Of a stretch of 64,000 bases of DNA, positions 1-9,317 are shown piece by piece. Each line of letters starts with the position of its first letter. Position 1 is the first letter of the stretch. The stretch is taken from positions 32,001-96,000 of the IMG/VR virus record IMGVR_UViG_3300007352_000013. The stretch is one strand, 5' to 3'. The position numbers were made by a program, and so were the translations under genes. Under the pieces are notes generated by a model. The model saw only the letters and a program-made list of their open reading frames with translations, made no database searches and was not told the DNA's origin. Source of the DNA: a virus.

Positions 1-1221
1 GAAATTAAAGAACAATTAAGCCATGATGGAAAAACCATTATATTTCTTGGACCAGAGTTCGAAATTCCGAATTCGTTAAGACATGACATAACTCTAATAG
101 ATTTCTCTCTACCTGATAAAGAACAAATAAAAAATTCTATAATGTTTATATCAGAGGGAGTAGAAACTGGCAGTGATAAAAAATTCAAAATAGATGATTC
201 TATTATGGATGATCTAATAGTAAGTTGTCAAGGTATGACAGCTTGTGAAATAACAGACAGAGTAGCATTAGCAATTAGAAAACACAAAACCATAAATACC
301 GATGCAATTAAAACCATTTTAAGAGAAAAAGCTTCCGTTATTAAGTCATCTGGTCTTCTAACTTATATAGAACCACCGTCTGGTGGACTAAGTAATATAG
401 GTGGATATGAAATACTTAAAAGAACAATCCTTTTAGATAAACCATGCTTCTCTGATGAAGCGAGAGAATTTGGAATCGAAAATCCGAAAGGAATACTTGA
501 GGTAGGAATTCCCGGATGTGGCAAGACGGAAATAAGTAAATGTATTGCTTCCGAATTTAATAGACCACTTATAGGTTTGGATGTTGGATCTATAATGTCT
601 TCTTATGTTGGTTCTTCTGAAAACAATATGAGGCAAGCCATAAAAGTTATAGAGAGTGTAGCGCCGTGCGTTTTACAACTAGACGAAATAGAGAAGGGAT
701 TCGGCGGACAATCAGATCTTGATGGAGGATCATCTAAACGTGTGTTCGGAACCTTCCTCAAGTGGTTAAGCGAAAGAAAAAAGCCCGTTTATGTCGTAGC
801 AACGGCAAATGATATTTCAGGACTACCACCCGAATTTTTCCGGTCTGGCAGGTTTGATTCAGTATTCTTTTTGGATCTTCCTAACGAACAAGAAAGAAAA
901 ACTATACTAGAAATTCATCTTAATAGAAGAAACAGGGATGCCTCGTTATTTGATTTAAATTCATTATCAGAAATGACAAAGGATTATACTGGATCTGACT
1001 TAGAACAGATTGTTAAAGTTGCTCTAAAGATTGCTTTCTGTACAGATAAAAAATTAAAACAGGATCATTTAGAAATGGCAACACAATCGGTTATTCCTTT
1101 AGCTAAGATCGAACCGATTAGAATTCAATCTATTAGGGAATGGGGTCTGAAACATGCAAAACCAGCTAATAGTCAAATAGAAAAAGTGGCAGAAAAAAGG
1201 GGTAGAAAGGTCTCTGTATGA
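1..1221 (+). CDS. Ycf46-like AAA+ ATPase (5'-truncated by window edge)
   Basis: Frame open from base 1; Walker A GIPGCGKT, Walker B LQLDEIEK, SRH VATAN...PPEFFRSGRFD. Confidence 0.9.
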   Translation, partial: EIKEQLSHDGKTIIFLGPEFEIPNSLRHDITLIDFSLPDKEQIKNSIMFISEGVETGSDKKFKIDDSIMDDLIVSCQGMTACEITDRVALAIRKHKTINTDAIKTILREKASVIKSSGLLTYIEPPSGGLSNIGGYEILKRTILLDKPCFSDEAREFGIENPKGILEVGIPGCGKTEISKCIASEFNRPLIGLDVGSIMSSYVGSSENNMRQAIKVIESVAPCVLQLDEIEKGFGGQSDLDGGSSKRVFGTFLKWLSERKKPVYVVATANDISGLPPEFFRSGRFDSVFFLDLPNEQERKTILEIHLNRRNRDASLFDLNSLSEMTKDYTGSDLEQIVKVALKIAFCTDKKLKQDHLEMATQSVIPLAKIEPIRIQSIREWGLKHAKPANSQIEKVAEKRGRKVSV

Positions 1222-1493
1222 TTTTTGAATATAAATATAGCGTAGACAATGATTGTTATAAATTTACCTATAATTGCGAATTAAAATCTGAATTCCACAT
1301 TCCACATCTAAATGTATTGGCGCAAAAATGCGCTGAACATTATTTTAATAATTCTGATTCAGAATATCGTGAATGGCCAAAGGTATTTACTATATATAAT
1401 TCCGAGGGGGCTGAAGTTGGAAGGTTTGAAGTTGAAATGGAATTTGTCCCAAATTTTTATGCTTATGAGATAAAGGAAAATAAACATGGATAA
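1218..1493 (+). CDS. hypothetical protein
   Basis: 91-aa ORF overlapping both neighbours. Confidence 0.6.
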   Translation: MIFEYKYSVDNDCYKFTYNCELKSEFHIPHLNVLAQKCAEHYFNNSDSEYREWPKVFTIYNSEGAEVGRFEVEMEFVPNFYAYEIKENKHG

Positions 1494-2448
1494 TAGTGAG
1501 ACCATTAATTTATTTGATGTAGGCTGTCTCGTATCCCTCAAGATAGGTGCGTGGTCCGGACGACGAATGATTTCGCGTTCCGATCTAGTAAGTGTAGGAA
1601 TTGATCCATCTGCACTTCCTACAGAATTAGTAAATTATGGTAGAAAACTTCTTGTTTCAAAATCCGAAATTCAAGCCATCACCAAAACAGAACAAAGAGC
1701 AAGATATTATCTGACTCAGTATTCTGTTCCTTTCGGAATAGCTAATGCATTTTTTATTCCAAATAAATTAATACCAGATGTAGAACATAACTTAAAAGAA
1801 TACAAAAAAGAATTCTTTCAAACGGTAGATAGTTTTATAGTTAGATTTAATGATCTAAAGCAACAAGTAAAAGATAAACACCCAGAATTTTTCGAAAAAT
1901 GTCTTAAAAGATTTTATCCAGAAACACCAGAATCGTTGCGGTCACGCTTCTATTTTGACTGGCATCTCTTTAAGATTAGCGGTATAAATTCAATTGAAAA
2001 TACAACATCAGAAGAAATAAATGAAAAGAATAAAATTATCAAAGAAAAAATGCAAAAAGAAGCGAACCTATTCGTTTCAGAATACGTAGAAGGAATGCGA
2101 TCAGAAGTAATTCGGTTCTGTGATTTGATCAAGGCCAGGATTAACGGAACTCCATACGGAGAAGAATCCGAAGCCAAGAAACTCTCTCCTAAAACGCTTA
2201 CGTCATTTCGTAAATATATTGAAAAATTTAAAATGCTTAATATATTTGGCGACACCGAAATTGATACATTATTAAATCAATTTAAAGAACAATTTCTTGA
2301 TGCAGAATTTAATGGAAAAACATTAGAGAGTGGCGCTTTACAACAAGCTATTTTAAGTTCAACTTCTGTTATCAGGAAAGCGGCCTCTATGGAAAATGAA
2401 GCTACGAGTCAATTCATAAAAAGTCTGAAAAGAAAGGTCGTCATATGA
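1486..2448 (+). CDS. DUF3150-like protein
   Basis: 320 aa; W.G.R start, YSVPFG...FFIP, RF.F.W pattern typical of the family; next to AAA ATPase. Confidence 0.6.
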   Translation: MDNSETINLFDVGCLVSLKIGAWSGRRMISRSDLVSVGIDPSALPTELVNYGRKLLVSKSEIQAITKTEQRARYYLTQYSVPFGIANAFFIPNKLIPDVEHNLKEYKKEFFQTVDSFIVRFNDLKQQVKDKHPEFFEKCLKRFYPETPESLRSRFYFDWHLFKISGINSIENTTSEEINEKNKIIKEKMQKEANLFVSEYVEGMRSEVIRFCDLIKARINGTPYGEESEAKKLSPKTLTSFRKYIEKFKMLNIFGDTEIDTLLNQFKEQFLDAEFNGKTLESGALQQAILSSTSVIRKAASMENEATSQFIKSLKRKVVI

Positions 2449-2645
2449 GAATTGAAAAGACAGTAGAGTTTATTGATATGCCACATGACGCACAACAAGA
2501 ATGTTCCCAAGAAGCACACAACTATTCATACATCAGAGTTTATTTAAAGGGTCATAATGATTATTATCCAAAAACAATAAAATGGCTTTTAGAAAATGGT
2601 GCATGTTTAGAAGATAAGTCTGTATTAGTTTTAATTTCTTGGTAG
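2445..2645 (+). CDS. hypothetical protein
   Basis: ATGA overlap with upstream gene. Confidence 0.55.
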   Translation: MRIEKTVEFIDMPHDAQQECSQEAHNYSYIRVYLKGHNDYYPKTIKWLLENGACLEDKSVLVLISW

Positions 2646-2690
2646 AGGATTACATCGGAATGCGCCTGGAACTAACAGAAAGGATTTAAA

Positions 2691-2885
2691 ATGAGAACTG
2701 GATGGAATATTAATACTATATTAGAATTTAAAAAAATAAATAAATGCAATGAATGTTTTGATTTAATAATAACATATTGCAGTGCACATAATTCAGACTC
2801 AAAAATGCAAATACATATTCCATCTATAAATAATAAAGATCTATCTAACATAATAGAAGAAATATATAGAATAATGGGAGAATAA
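2691..2885 (+). CDS. hypothetical protein
   Basis: SD aagga upstream; 64 aa. Confidence 0.5.
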   Translation: MRTGWNINTILEFKKINKCNECFDLIITYCSAHNSDSKMQIHIPSINNKDLSNIIEEIYRIMGE

Positions 2886-2888
2886 ATT

Positions 2889-3308
2889 ATGAATTGGTGT
2901 ACCACAAAAGAATTAATTGAACAATTCGATGATTATTATGAAGTATTAAATAGAAAAGAAACTCAACAATCTTTAAAAGAATTTGTATTAAATAAAGAAA
3001 ATCCTCTAAAAGAAAGATTTAGAGTTTGGGAAGAATACTGTAAAAAAATAGATGATCCTTGGATTATCCATAGTGGGGAGTACGGGATTATAGGAGAAAT
3101 GATTGATAAATGTTACCCTTGTGAATATGACAGACATAGAGAATATAATTATGAAGTTTTTCTATCTTGGATAGTAGACGCTAATGAAGATGAATATGAA
3201 AGTGAATTATGGAAAGAAACAATGAAAAATACCGAACTCCCATCGGTTGATCAATTTAAAGAAATGTTAATTCAAACTAATTTTGGTAGCTTTAATATGG
3301 ATTGGTAA
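2889..3308 (+). CDS. hypothetical protein
   Basis: 139-aa acidic ORF with SD ggag. Confidence 0.65.
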   Translation: MNWCTTKELIEQFDDYYEVLNRKETQQSLKEFVLNKENPLKERFRVWEEYCKKIDDPWIIHSGEYGIIGEMIDKCYPCEYDRHREYNYEVFLSWIVDANEDEYESELWKETMKNTELPSVDQFKEMLIQTNFGSFNMDW

Positions 3309-3318
3309 GGAGGAATAA

Positions 3319-3576
3319 ATGAAATTGAATTTAAGAGATAAATCCAAATTAGTAACAATAGGATCATTAATGCCCGGAGAATGCTTCAAATATTGGCCAA
3401 ATCCCAAAACTTGCCCAGAAACATATTGTGTATGCATTAAGACCGATGGAAGATTTTGTTTAACGGATTGTAGAGATTTTTATCCATCAAGATATGTAGT
3501 ATTAACTACGGGTGAAGAGAATGGTTCTAAAAATGGAACTTTAGTTGAACCGTTAGATTTAACGGCTGGAGATTAA
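3319..3576 (+). CDS. hypothetical protein
   Basis: SD aggagg; 85 aa. Confidence 0.65.
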   Translation: MKLNLRDKSKLVTIGSLMPGECFKYWPNPKTCPETYCVCIKTDGRFCLTDCRDFYPSRYVVLTTGEENGSKNGTLVEPLDLTAGD

Positions 3577-3578
3577 TA

Positions 3579-3995
3579 ATGTCTAGTTACTGTAATGTTG
3601 AAACGCAATTTAAGAACCAAGAAGCATTAACCTTGGCTTTAATTGAAACCGGAAAATGGTCTAAAGATCAAATAGAGGTTCATTCTGAACCAAAAAACCT
3701 TTATGGTTATCATAATGATATTAGATCTGATAAAGCACATATAATAATTAGAAGAAAATATATAGGTGGATCATCTAATGATATTGGTTTTCTTAAAACA
3801 GAAGAAGGAACATATACAGCTATTATATCAGAATTCGATAAACGATCTATGGGATATAATGATAAATGGTTGGCTTCCCTGAAAGGGAACTATGCGTATC
3901 ATACTATAAAACAGCAACAAGAAAGCAGGGGTCGTATGGTAACTCGTGAACATATAGGCAATAAACAAAGAATATCTATAAAAGGATATAGATAA
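3579..3995 (+). CDS. DUF1257 (Ycf35-like) protein
   Basis: MSSY..VETQFKNQEAL..AL, LYGY, AHIIIRR, SNDIGF, Y.AIISEFD. Confidence 0.8.
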   Translation: MSSYCNVETQFKNQEALTLALIETGKWSKDQIEVHSEPKNLYGYHNDIRSDKAHIIIRRKYIGGSSNDIGFLKTEEGTYTAIISEFDKRSMGYNDKWLASLKGNYAYHTIKQQQESRGRMVTREHIGNKQRISIKGYR

Positions 3996-4276
3996 TGAGA
4001 TTGCAAATTAAAAATTGGTCATTAGAAATAATGTATGAAAAAATTTCTACATTAAAAATGATTTTTATATTATTGGGTCACGATAAATGGAGAAGCAAAA
4101 AAACTTATACTTTTTTTAGGCATAATGAATATACAAAAAATAGTCCTCTTAAAGAATACAAAAGCGTAAAAATATTAAGATGGCCAAAATGGTTTAATTT
4201 ATCATCTTTTTATATAGATTTAAATAAACATAATATTCCATTCATGTTTCATTTCATATTTGATAAGGGGGATTAA
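3995..4276 (+). CDS. hypothetical protein
   Basis: 93-aa coupled ORF. Confidence 0.5.
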   Translation: MRLQIKNWSLEIMYEKISTLKMIFILLGHDKWRSKKTYTFFRHNEYTKNSPLKEYKSVKILRWPKWFNLSSFYIDLNKHNIPFMFHFIFDKGD

Positions 4277-5253
4277 TGTTTTACCAATCATATGGTTTCT
4301 CTGATGTAGCAATAAAACAAAAGATGAACGTTTGTTCATCTAGGCAAGACGTTAAAATAGAGAGTGAGATAATTAGGGGAATAATTAGACCGATTCCCAT
4401 TATAGCTTCAAATATGTCTACTGTAACCAACCCCGAATTTTGCATAAAATTGTACAAATGCGGTGCGATGGGAGTTTTACATAGGGCTTTCGAAGATAAT
4501 TCTGAATATATAAGAGAGGTAACAAGAATTGCAAAAGAAATACCAATAGTATCCGTCTCTGTAGGGGTTAAAGATAGTGATTATTTGTTATTAGATCAAT
4601 TAGTTAGGGCTGGTGCCAACTGCATAGTCGTAGATATAGCAAATGGATTTTGTGAGAATGTATTACAAATATGTAAACACATAAGAACTCTATATCCATT
4701 AGTTAGGATTGTTGCAGGAAATACAGTTAATCCTAATGCGATAGAATTTTTTGGTGATAATATTGACGCATTAAAATGTGGTATAGCATCCGGGTTTGTA
4801 TGTGAAACCAAAAACACTAGCGGTTGTTATAAACCTCAGTTTAGCGCCGTTTATGATATGAAAGAAAAGGCTCATAAATACGGAATGCCAATTATATCTG
4901 ATGGTGGAATTCGCGAGCCTGCCGATTTTTCCAAAAGTATTGGCGCTGGAGCATCATCAGTAATGGCCGGATCAATCTTCGCTAGATGTCCAGAAAGTGC
5001 TGGAGAAATTGTAGAAATAGATGGTCTTAAAAAGAAGATATATTCGGGCATGAGTAGCAGAAAAGTTCAAGAAAAATGGAGGGGTAAAGTACATAATAAT
5101 TGTCCAGAAGGAAAAACCGTTTTTCTCGATGTTGGAGAATCTGTTGAAAATTTATTAGCTAGATATGCTGGCGCTTTACGGTCTGGCATTTCATATGCTG
5201 GATTCAATAATATAGAAGATTTTAAGAATGAATGTGAATTTATTTTGATTTGA
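4276..5253 (+). CDS. IMPDH/GMP reductase family oxidoreductase (GMPR-like, no CBS domains)
   Basis: PIIASNM, GVLHR, VDIANG, AGN, catalytic-Cys loop GIASGFVCETK, IISDGGI, MAGS, YSGMSS, PEGK. Confidence 0.85.
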   Translation: MFYQSYGFSDVAIKQKMNVCSSRQDVKIESEIIRGIIRPIPIIASNMSTVTNPEFCIKLYKCGAMGVLHRAFEDNSEYIREVTRIAKEIPIVSVSVGVKDSDYLLLDQLVRAGANCIVVDIANGFCENVLQICKHIRTLYPLVRIVAGNTVNPNAIEFFGDNIDALKCGIASGFVCETKNTSGCYKPQFSAVYDMKEKAHKYGMPIISDGGIREPADFSKSIGAGASSVMAGSIFARCPESAGEIVEIDGLKKKIYSGMSSRKVQEKWRGKVHNNCPEGKTVFLDVGESVENLLARYAGALRSGISYAGFNNIEDFKNECEFILI

Positions 5254-5263
5254 AAGGATTAAT

Positions 5264-5482
5264 ATGAAAATAGAAATTTTATCAGAAAAAGAAGCCAGAC
5301 GTATTGGCTCTATTAATTTTGGTTCATGTGTTGCTTTAGATGGTTCATATTATATTATATCGGAACTTGCAATAGATACAAATAACGTATATATCATTGA
5401 TTTATCTTCTGGCTTAAAAAGAATTATATCACTTGATACTAAAGTACGTGTAATGGATAATGCCAAAATTGTTATTCCATAA
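5264..5482 (+). CDS. hypothetical protein
   Basis: SD aagga; 72 aa. Confidence 0.55.
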   Translation: MKIEILSEKEARRIGSINFGSCVALDGSYYIISELAIDTNNVYIIDLSSGLKRIISLDTKVRVMDNAKIVIP

Positions 5483-5496
5483 TAACGAGAACAAAA

Positions 5497-5832
5497 ATGT
5501 TAAATAAAAATATGGTATTTTGTTTTACAGGAAAGGGGCCAATGCCCCGTAGCCAAATGGAGGCTATGGCTATTAATGCTGGCGCATCAGTTACAAAATC
5601 TGTAAACAACAGAACAACTATATTGGTTATAATGGATATGGATAGCCAATCAACAAAAGCAAGAAAAGCTCGCGAGAATGGAATAGATTTGATTGGCCCA
5701 GAAACATTTATTTCAATGTGCAATTCTCATATAAAAAATAATGTGTCTTCTGAAAACAAAGTTAAGATTGAAAAGAAGATTATTGCAGAACAAGTTAAAA
5801 AACAACCTCTAATAAGGAAAATAATTCTATGA
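5497..5832 (+). CDS. stand-alone BRCT domain protein
   Basis: FCFTGK..MPRSQMEAMAINAGA.V..SV...TT.LV...S.K..KARE.GI.LI, resembling the LigA C-terminal BRCT. Confidence 0.85.
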   Translation: MLNKNMVFCFTGKGPMPRSQMEAMAINAGASVTKSVNNRTTILVIMDMDSQSTKARKARENGIDLIGPETFISMCNSHIKNNVSSENKVKIEKKIIAEQVKKQPLIRKIIL

Positions 5833-6020
5833 AGAAAAGAATGGCTGGCAAAAGAATAAATGGAAAATGGACACCCGAACCTTGCTCGTCTTGCCAAAAA
5901 ATCCCCGCCTTTGTAAAAGTGGGTGGAATATTCTGTAAAAAGTGCGGAAAAGGGAAAGCCGATGTTGGATCAGTTAAATCACCAATTCCAGAACCGTTTG
6001 TAGAATTGTTCCCTGTATAA
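5829..6020 (+). CDS. small zinc-finger-like protein
   Basis: CSSC and CKKC pairs. Confidence 0.5.
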   Translation: MKKRMAGKRINGKWTPEPCSSCQKIPAFVKVGGIFCKKCGKGKADVGSVKSPIPEPFVELFPV

Positions 6021-6292
6021 TGGAGATCTATATGATTCCGTGTATCGAAATTGACGAAAATGGAAATATTTCTACTTTATATAATGACTTTGTAGACCTT
6101 TACGAAGTCGGTAGAGTCCATAATGTTCGTAAAGCCAGCTATGTCGAATTTGCAGAAGAAAAACAAGAATGGCAAATAATTTCTGCTAAAACTAGCGAAG
6201 TTTTAGCTTCTGACAAAAATAGAGAAAAAGCTATTGACAAGGAAATTGAGATGTTCCAGCCCGGTGGGGTTATGTATGACAACAATAATTAG
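6020..6292 (+). CDS. conserved hypothetical protein associated with DUF1257/DUF2997/AAA loci
   Basis: I.IDENG.I.TLY.D.VDL..VG.....RKASYVEF...W...R..A...E. Confidence 0.55.
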   Translation: MEIYMIPCIEIDENGNISTLYNDFVDLYEVGRVHNVRKASYVEFAEEKQEWQIISAKTSEVLASDKNREKAIDKEIEMFQPGGVMYDNNN

Positions 6293-6440
6293 TATATTAT
6301 TTTTATTATCGGTATCATGTTTTGCCGCTTCATTCGTATTCGGCGGGAAATACAGGCTTTTTGAACCCATTCTCATGGTATTAGGGGTCTTTCTTTTGTT
6401 AGCCATGTGTATAGGTGGTATTCTTTATTATTGGAATTAA
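6276..6440 (+). CDS. small two-TM membrane protein
   Basis: Two hydrophobic stretches; ATG at 6276 preferred over track start 6234. Confidence 0.55.
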   Translation: MTTIISILFLLSVSCFAASFVFGGKYRLFEPILMVLGVFLLLAMCIGGILYYWN

Positions 6441-6444
6441 AATT

Positions 6445-6741
6445 ATGAAAACAACTGATGGATTTAAAGTTAAAAAGGAAAATACCTATTTTATAGTTAA
6501 ACCCTTTGAAATAATTGAAACTAAGTGCGAAACTGTGCATTATAGTAAGTTATTCGGAAATTATGTTTGTTATTTTCATGATTCTTATGACTCATTTTCT
6601 CCAGTAATGTTGAAAGGAATGGTATATAAATCCAAAGAAAAAGCGATAGAGAGACTTAAGAAAATACTAAAAAATAATATAAAAAGTCATGAAAAATCTA
6701 TAAAAGAATCCAAAGAAAAATTGGAGGCATTAAATGCATGA
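6445..6741 (+). CDS. hypothetical protein
   Basis: ATG at 6445; coiled-coil-like C-terminus. Confidence 0.55.
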   Translation: MKTTDGFKVKKENTYFIVKPFEIIETKCETVHYSKLFGNYVCYFHDSYDSFSPVMLKGMVYKSKEKAIERLKKILKNNIKSHEKSIKESKEKLEALNA

Positions 6742-7093
6742 ATCTAATTCTTACGCAAAAATAGATAAAGAAAAATTAATTAGTTTTTGTAAAGATTTTA
6801 TAGAGATAATAGAAAAACATCAAAAAGATAAAAATGAAGAAATTTTATCCGATTTTATCGAAAAATATAATAAAAGATGGTATAGACGTAAAAAGAATAT
6901 AACTAGAGATCAAGCACATAAAAAAATAATAACTAGTAGTATGTATTCGTGGATGTATTATCCTTGTCATGACTATGATAATCAAAAGAAATTGGCAGAA
7001 AAAATATTGAATTTATGTAATTGTTCTATTGAAGATACTGTTAATGTTACAGCAGAAGATTTGAATTTTATTCATTATAAAGAAAATGATTAA
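6734..7093 (+). CDS. hypothetical protein
   Basis: 119-aa coupled ORF. Confidence 0.6.
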   Translation: MHESNSYAKIDKEKLISFCKDFIEIIEKHQKDKNEEILSDFIEKYNKRWYRRKKNITRDQAHKKIITSSMYSWMYYPCHDYDNQKKLAEKILNLCNCSIEDTVNVTAEDLNFIHYKEND

Positions 7094-7323
7094 TGACAAC
7101 TAAAGAAAAAATGGATGGTTATTTTTCGATGTTCAATTGTCATGTAAATAATGCTTTTGATAAAGCATCAATTTCTTTTATTGAAAAATTTGGAGCAATA
7201 AGATATTGCGAAACTATTGCTAAATATTGGAATCAAGGTATTATGTCTATTTTTCATGATCCTCCAACAGAAGAAACAAAGTTCTTTGTTGACACAATAA
7301 ATGGAGTAGTAAATGAAAGATAA
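7093..7323 (+). CDS. hypothetical protein
   Basis: 76-aa coupled ORF. Confidence 0.55.
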   Translation: MTTKEKMDGYFSMFNCHVNNAFDKASISFIEKFGAIRYCETIAKYWNQGIMSIFHDPPTEETKFFVDTINGVVNER

Positions 7324-7558
7324 AATAATATATGGTGCAGCCATTAATCTTGTTGGAATTTGGGGTCCAAAAAAGATGGTATGGCATAATAGGTGTAAAC
7401 AATATTATGATAATTCTGGAAATTTTAGTATTGACAAATTGGGTCTAAATGAAAAAGATGGCATAACAGAATTTTCTTCAACAAATAAAAAAGAAGTAGA
7501 GTTGTGGGTTGAAGGTGCAAAGGCAGCGTTTAAAAGAATAAATATACTTACCAAATAG
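7313..7558 (+). CDS. hypothetical protein
   Basis: SD ggag; 81 aa. Confidence 0.55.
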   Translation: MKDKIIYGAAINLVGIWGPKKMVWHNRCKQYYDNSGNFSIDKLGLNEKDGITEFSSTNKKEVELWVEGAKAAFKRINILTK

Positions 7559-7568
7559 GAGAAAGTAA

Positions 7569-7751
7569 ATGCCTAAATTTAAAATTAAGTGGCACGGCGT
7601 ACAAAATGTGAATGGTGAAGTAATTGTGCAAGCAAAAGACGAAGAAGAAGCTATCGAAGTGGTTCAAGACGACCCGGAAGCAGGAGAACCAGAAATTGAA
7701 TGTTTTGGTCTAGACGATATAGAAGTAGATGAATGCGAAGAAATTAAGTAG
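7569..7751 (+). CDS. small highly acidic protein (DpnD/PcfM-like pattern)
   Basis: 19/60 residues D/E; K.KIKW...V.VQA.DEEEA. Confidence 0.6.
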   Translation: MPKFKIKWHGVQNVNGEVIVQAKDEEEAIEVVQDDPEAGEPEIECFGLDDIEVDECEEIK

Positions 7752-7796
7752 AAATTTATAACCAACTTATCAAACTCTCTACTATAGGGGTGCTAA

Positions 7797-7976
7797 ATGA
7801 AAAGATTTAGGATTGAATGGTCAGCAACAATACATGGAACAACTCATGTTCAAGCCGAAAATGAAGACGAAGTATATGATATGACTGATGATTTAGATAC
7901 ATCAGAAATAAATGATACAAAAGATATTTGTATAGATTACGTAGAAGAACTAGAAGTAGAAGAAGGAGATGCTTAA
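7797..7976 (+). CDS. small highly acidic protein, paralog of 7569-7751 (not in ORF track)
   Basis: MKRFRIEWSATIHGTTHVQAENEDEVYD...EVEEGDA; 19/59 D/E; SD gggg. Confidence 0.6.
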   Translation: MKRFRIEWSATIHGTTHVQAENEDEVYDMTDDLDTSEINDTKDICIDYVEELEVEEGDA

Positions 7977-8309
7977 ATGGCCCTATTAACATCAAAATAT
8001 AAAGTTATGTTTTATCATAAAACTCTTGCTACAGAAGATCTATATGATATTCATGGAATCCAAGGTCTTCCGTGGGAAGAATCTAGAAGATGTACTATAG
8101 CAAAATTATTTGATATTAAAACTAATGAACAATGCAACGAATATATTGCAATATGCAATCCATTGGATAATTTTAGTAAATCGTTAGGAAGAAAATCTTC
8201 CTTACAAGGTTTGCTTTGTACAATAACAAATAAAAAAGAACGTAAAGAAATATGGAATGAATACTATAAACAATTCCCAAGGAGAAATACATGCTATCAA
8301 AAGAAATAA
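7977..8309 (+). CDS. hypothetical protein
   Basis: 110 aa; AICNPLDNFSKSLGRK.SL conserved-looking core. Confidence 0.6.
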   Translation: MALLTSKYKVMFYHKTLATEDLYDIHGIQGLPWEESRRCTIAKLFDIKTNEQCNEYIAICNPLDNFSKSLGRKSSLQGLLCTITNKKERKEIWNEYYKQFPRRNTCYQKK

Positions 8310-8488
8310 TTATTGAGATTGATGAAAATGGTAATTGTTCGCTAGACGGCAAAGGTTTTATTGGTCCAGAATGTGAAAAGGCTATGGCAGAAATAGAATC
8401 GGTTCTTGGTAGAACTGTTAATAAAGTTCATAAGCCAGAATATTCTATGATTAATAGAACAAACGTTAGGAATAAAGAAAGGGCTTAA
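8291..8488 (+). CDS. DUF2997 protein
   Basis: IIIEIDENG.C.LDGKGF.G..C...MAEIE..LG......KPEY. Confidence 0.8.
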   Translation: MLSKEIIIEIDENGNCSLDGKGFIGPECEKAMAEIESVLGRTVNKVHKPEYSMINRTNVRNKERA

Positions 8489-8490
8489 TA

Positions 8491-8787
8491 ATGAAAGAAT
8501 TGATCGGATATATAGGAGTAGATGCTGGTTGTGTCTGGGTGGGAGATCCGTGCTATTGTGTCACGCCAGATTGCGATAGTCATCCAGCAAAAACTTGGTC
8601 AGAATTTTGTAAAAAACTAGAAGATGGTAATTTTTTTGAAAAAGATTTTAAATCTTTCGGTAACGATAATGTTTCAGAAGGAATTGGAATATGTATCGCA
8701 ACCGCACACGGAGATGGTGAATATCCCGTTTATTTAAAAAGAAATAAGGATGGAAGACCATCTCGATTAATTATTAATCTTGAATAG
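8491..8787 (+). CDS. conserved hypothetical protein (DUF4241-like motif)
   Basis: GYIGVDAG.VWVGDPCY...GDGEYPVY. Confidence 0.55.
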   Translation: MKELIGYIGVDAGCVWVGDPCYCVTPDCDSHPAKTWSEFCKKLEDGNFFEKDFKSFGNDNVSEGIGICIATAHGDGEYPVYLKRNKDGRPSRLIINLE

Positions 8788-8795
8788 GGGGATTT

Positions 8796-9065
8796 ATGAT
8801 TAATGCCGAAAATATATGGAATGTAATAATTCAAAATAATCTATGCCATCCAGATGGCAAAGATGTATTTTTTGATTTCTATAATTCTCAAAATAAAAAT
8901 AAAACATTCTCGTATAGGCTTAATTGCCAATTTTTAGGTAGGGGATGTAAGCTTTGGCAAGACAGTAATAGATTATGGATTGATATGTATAGGGAGGATG
9001 TGACTGACGCTAAACAGGCCCTTATAGATAAAGTTAATAAAGAATTAGAATCATTGAAAGGTTAG
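8796..9065 (+). CDS. hypothetical protein
   Basis: SD ggggga; 89 aa. Confidence 0.55.
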   Translation: MINAENIWNVIIQNNLCHPDGKDVFFDFYNSQNKNKTFSYRLNCQFLGRGCKLWQDSNRLWIDMYREDVTDAKQALIDKVNKELESLKG

Positions 9066-9068
9066 TGT

Positions 9069-9263
9069 ATGTCGAGTCTTTTGAATAGAAGTGCTTTAAA
9101 AAAATTCATTCTAGCTAAAATAGCCGCGTTGCGTCCCGGAATGGAAAAAAGAATCACTAGAGTTTCTTCTGAAGCATTAGATAATTATGAGGCTAAGTTA
9201 AAAAATTCTATAGAAATAGATATACATAAACACCCAAGTATCGGAAAAACTTTCAAGCCTTAA
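9069..9263 (+). CDS. hypothetical protein
   Basis: 64 aa, last + gene before terminator. Confidence 0.55.
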   Translation: MSSLLNRSALKKFILAKIAALRPGMEKRITRVSSEALDNYEAKLKNSIEIDIHKHPSIGKTFKP

Positions 9264-9272
9264 AAATAAAGA

Positions 9273-9292
9273 CCGCAGGGAATATCCTGCGG
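9273..9292 (-). terminator. intrinsic terminator between convergent genes
   Basis: ccgcagg-gaatat-cctgcgg 7-bp GC stem; A-tract at 9262-9270 gives a U-tail on the minus strand. Confidence 0.8.
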
Positions 9293-9317
9293 CCTATTAA
9301 AGTATTCGATTTATTTA

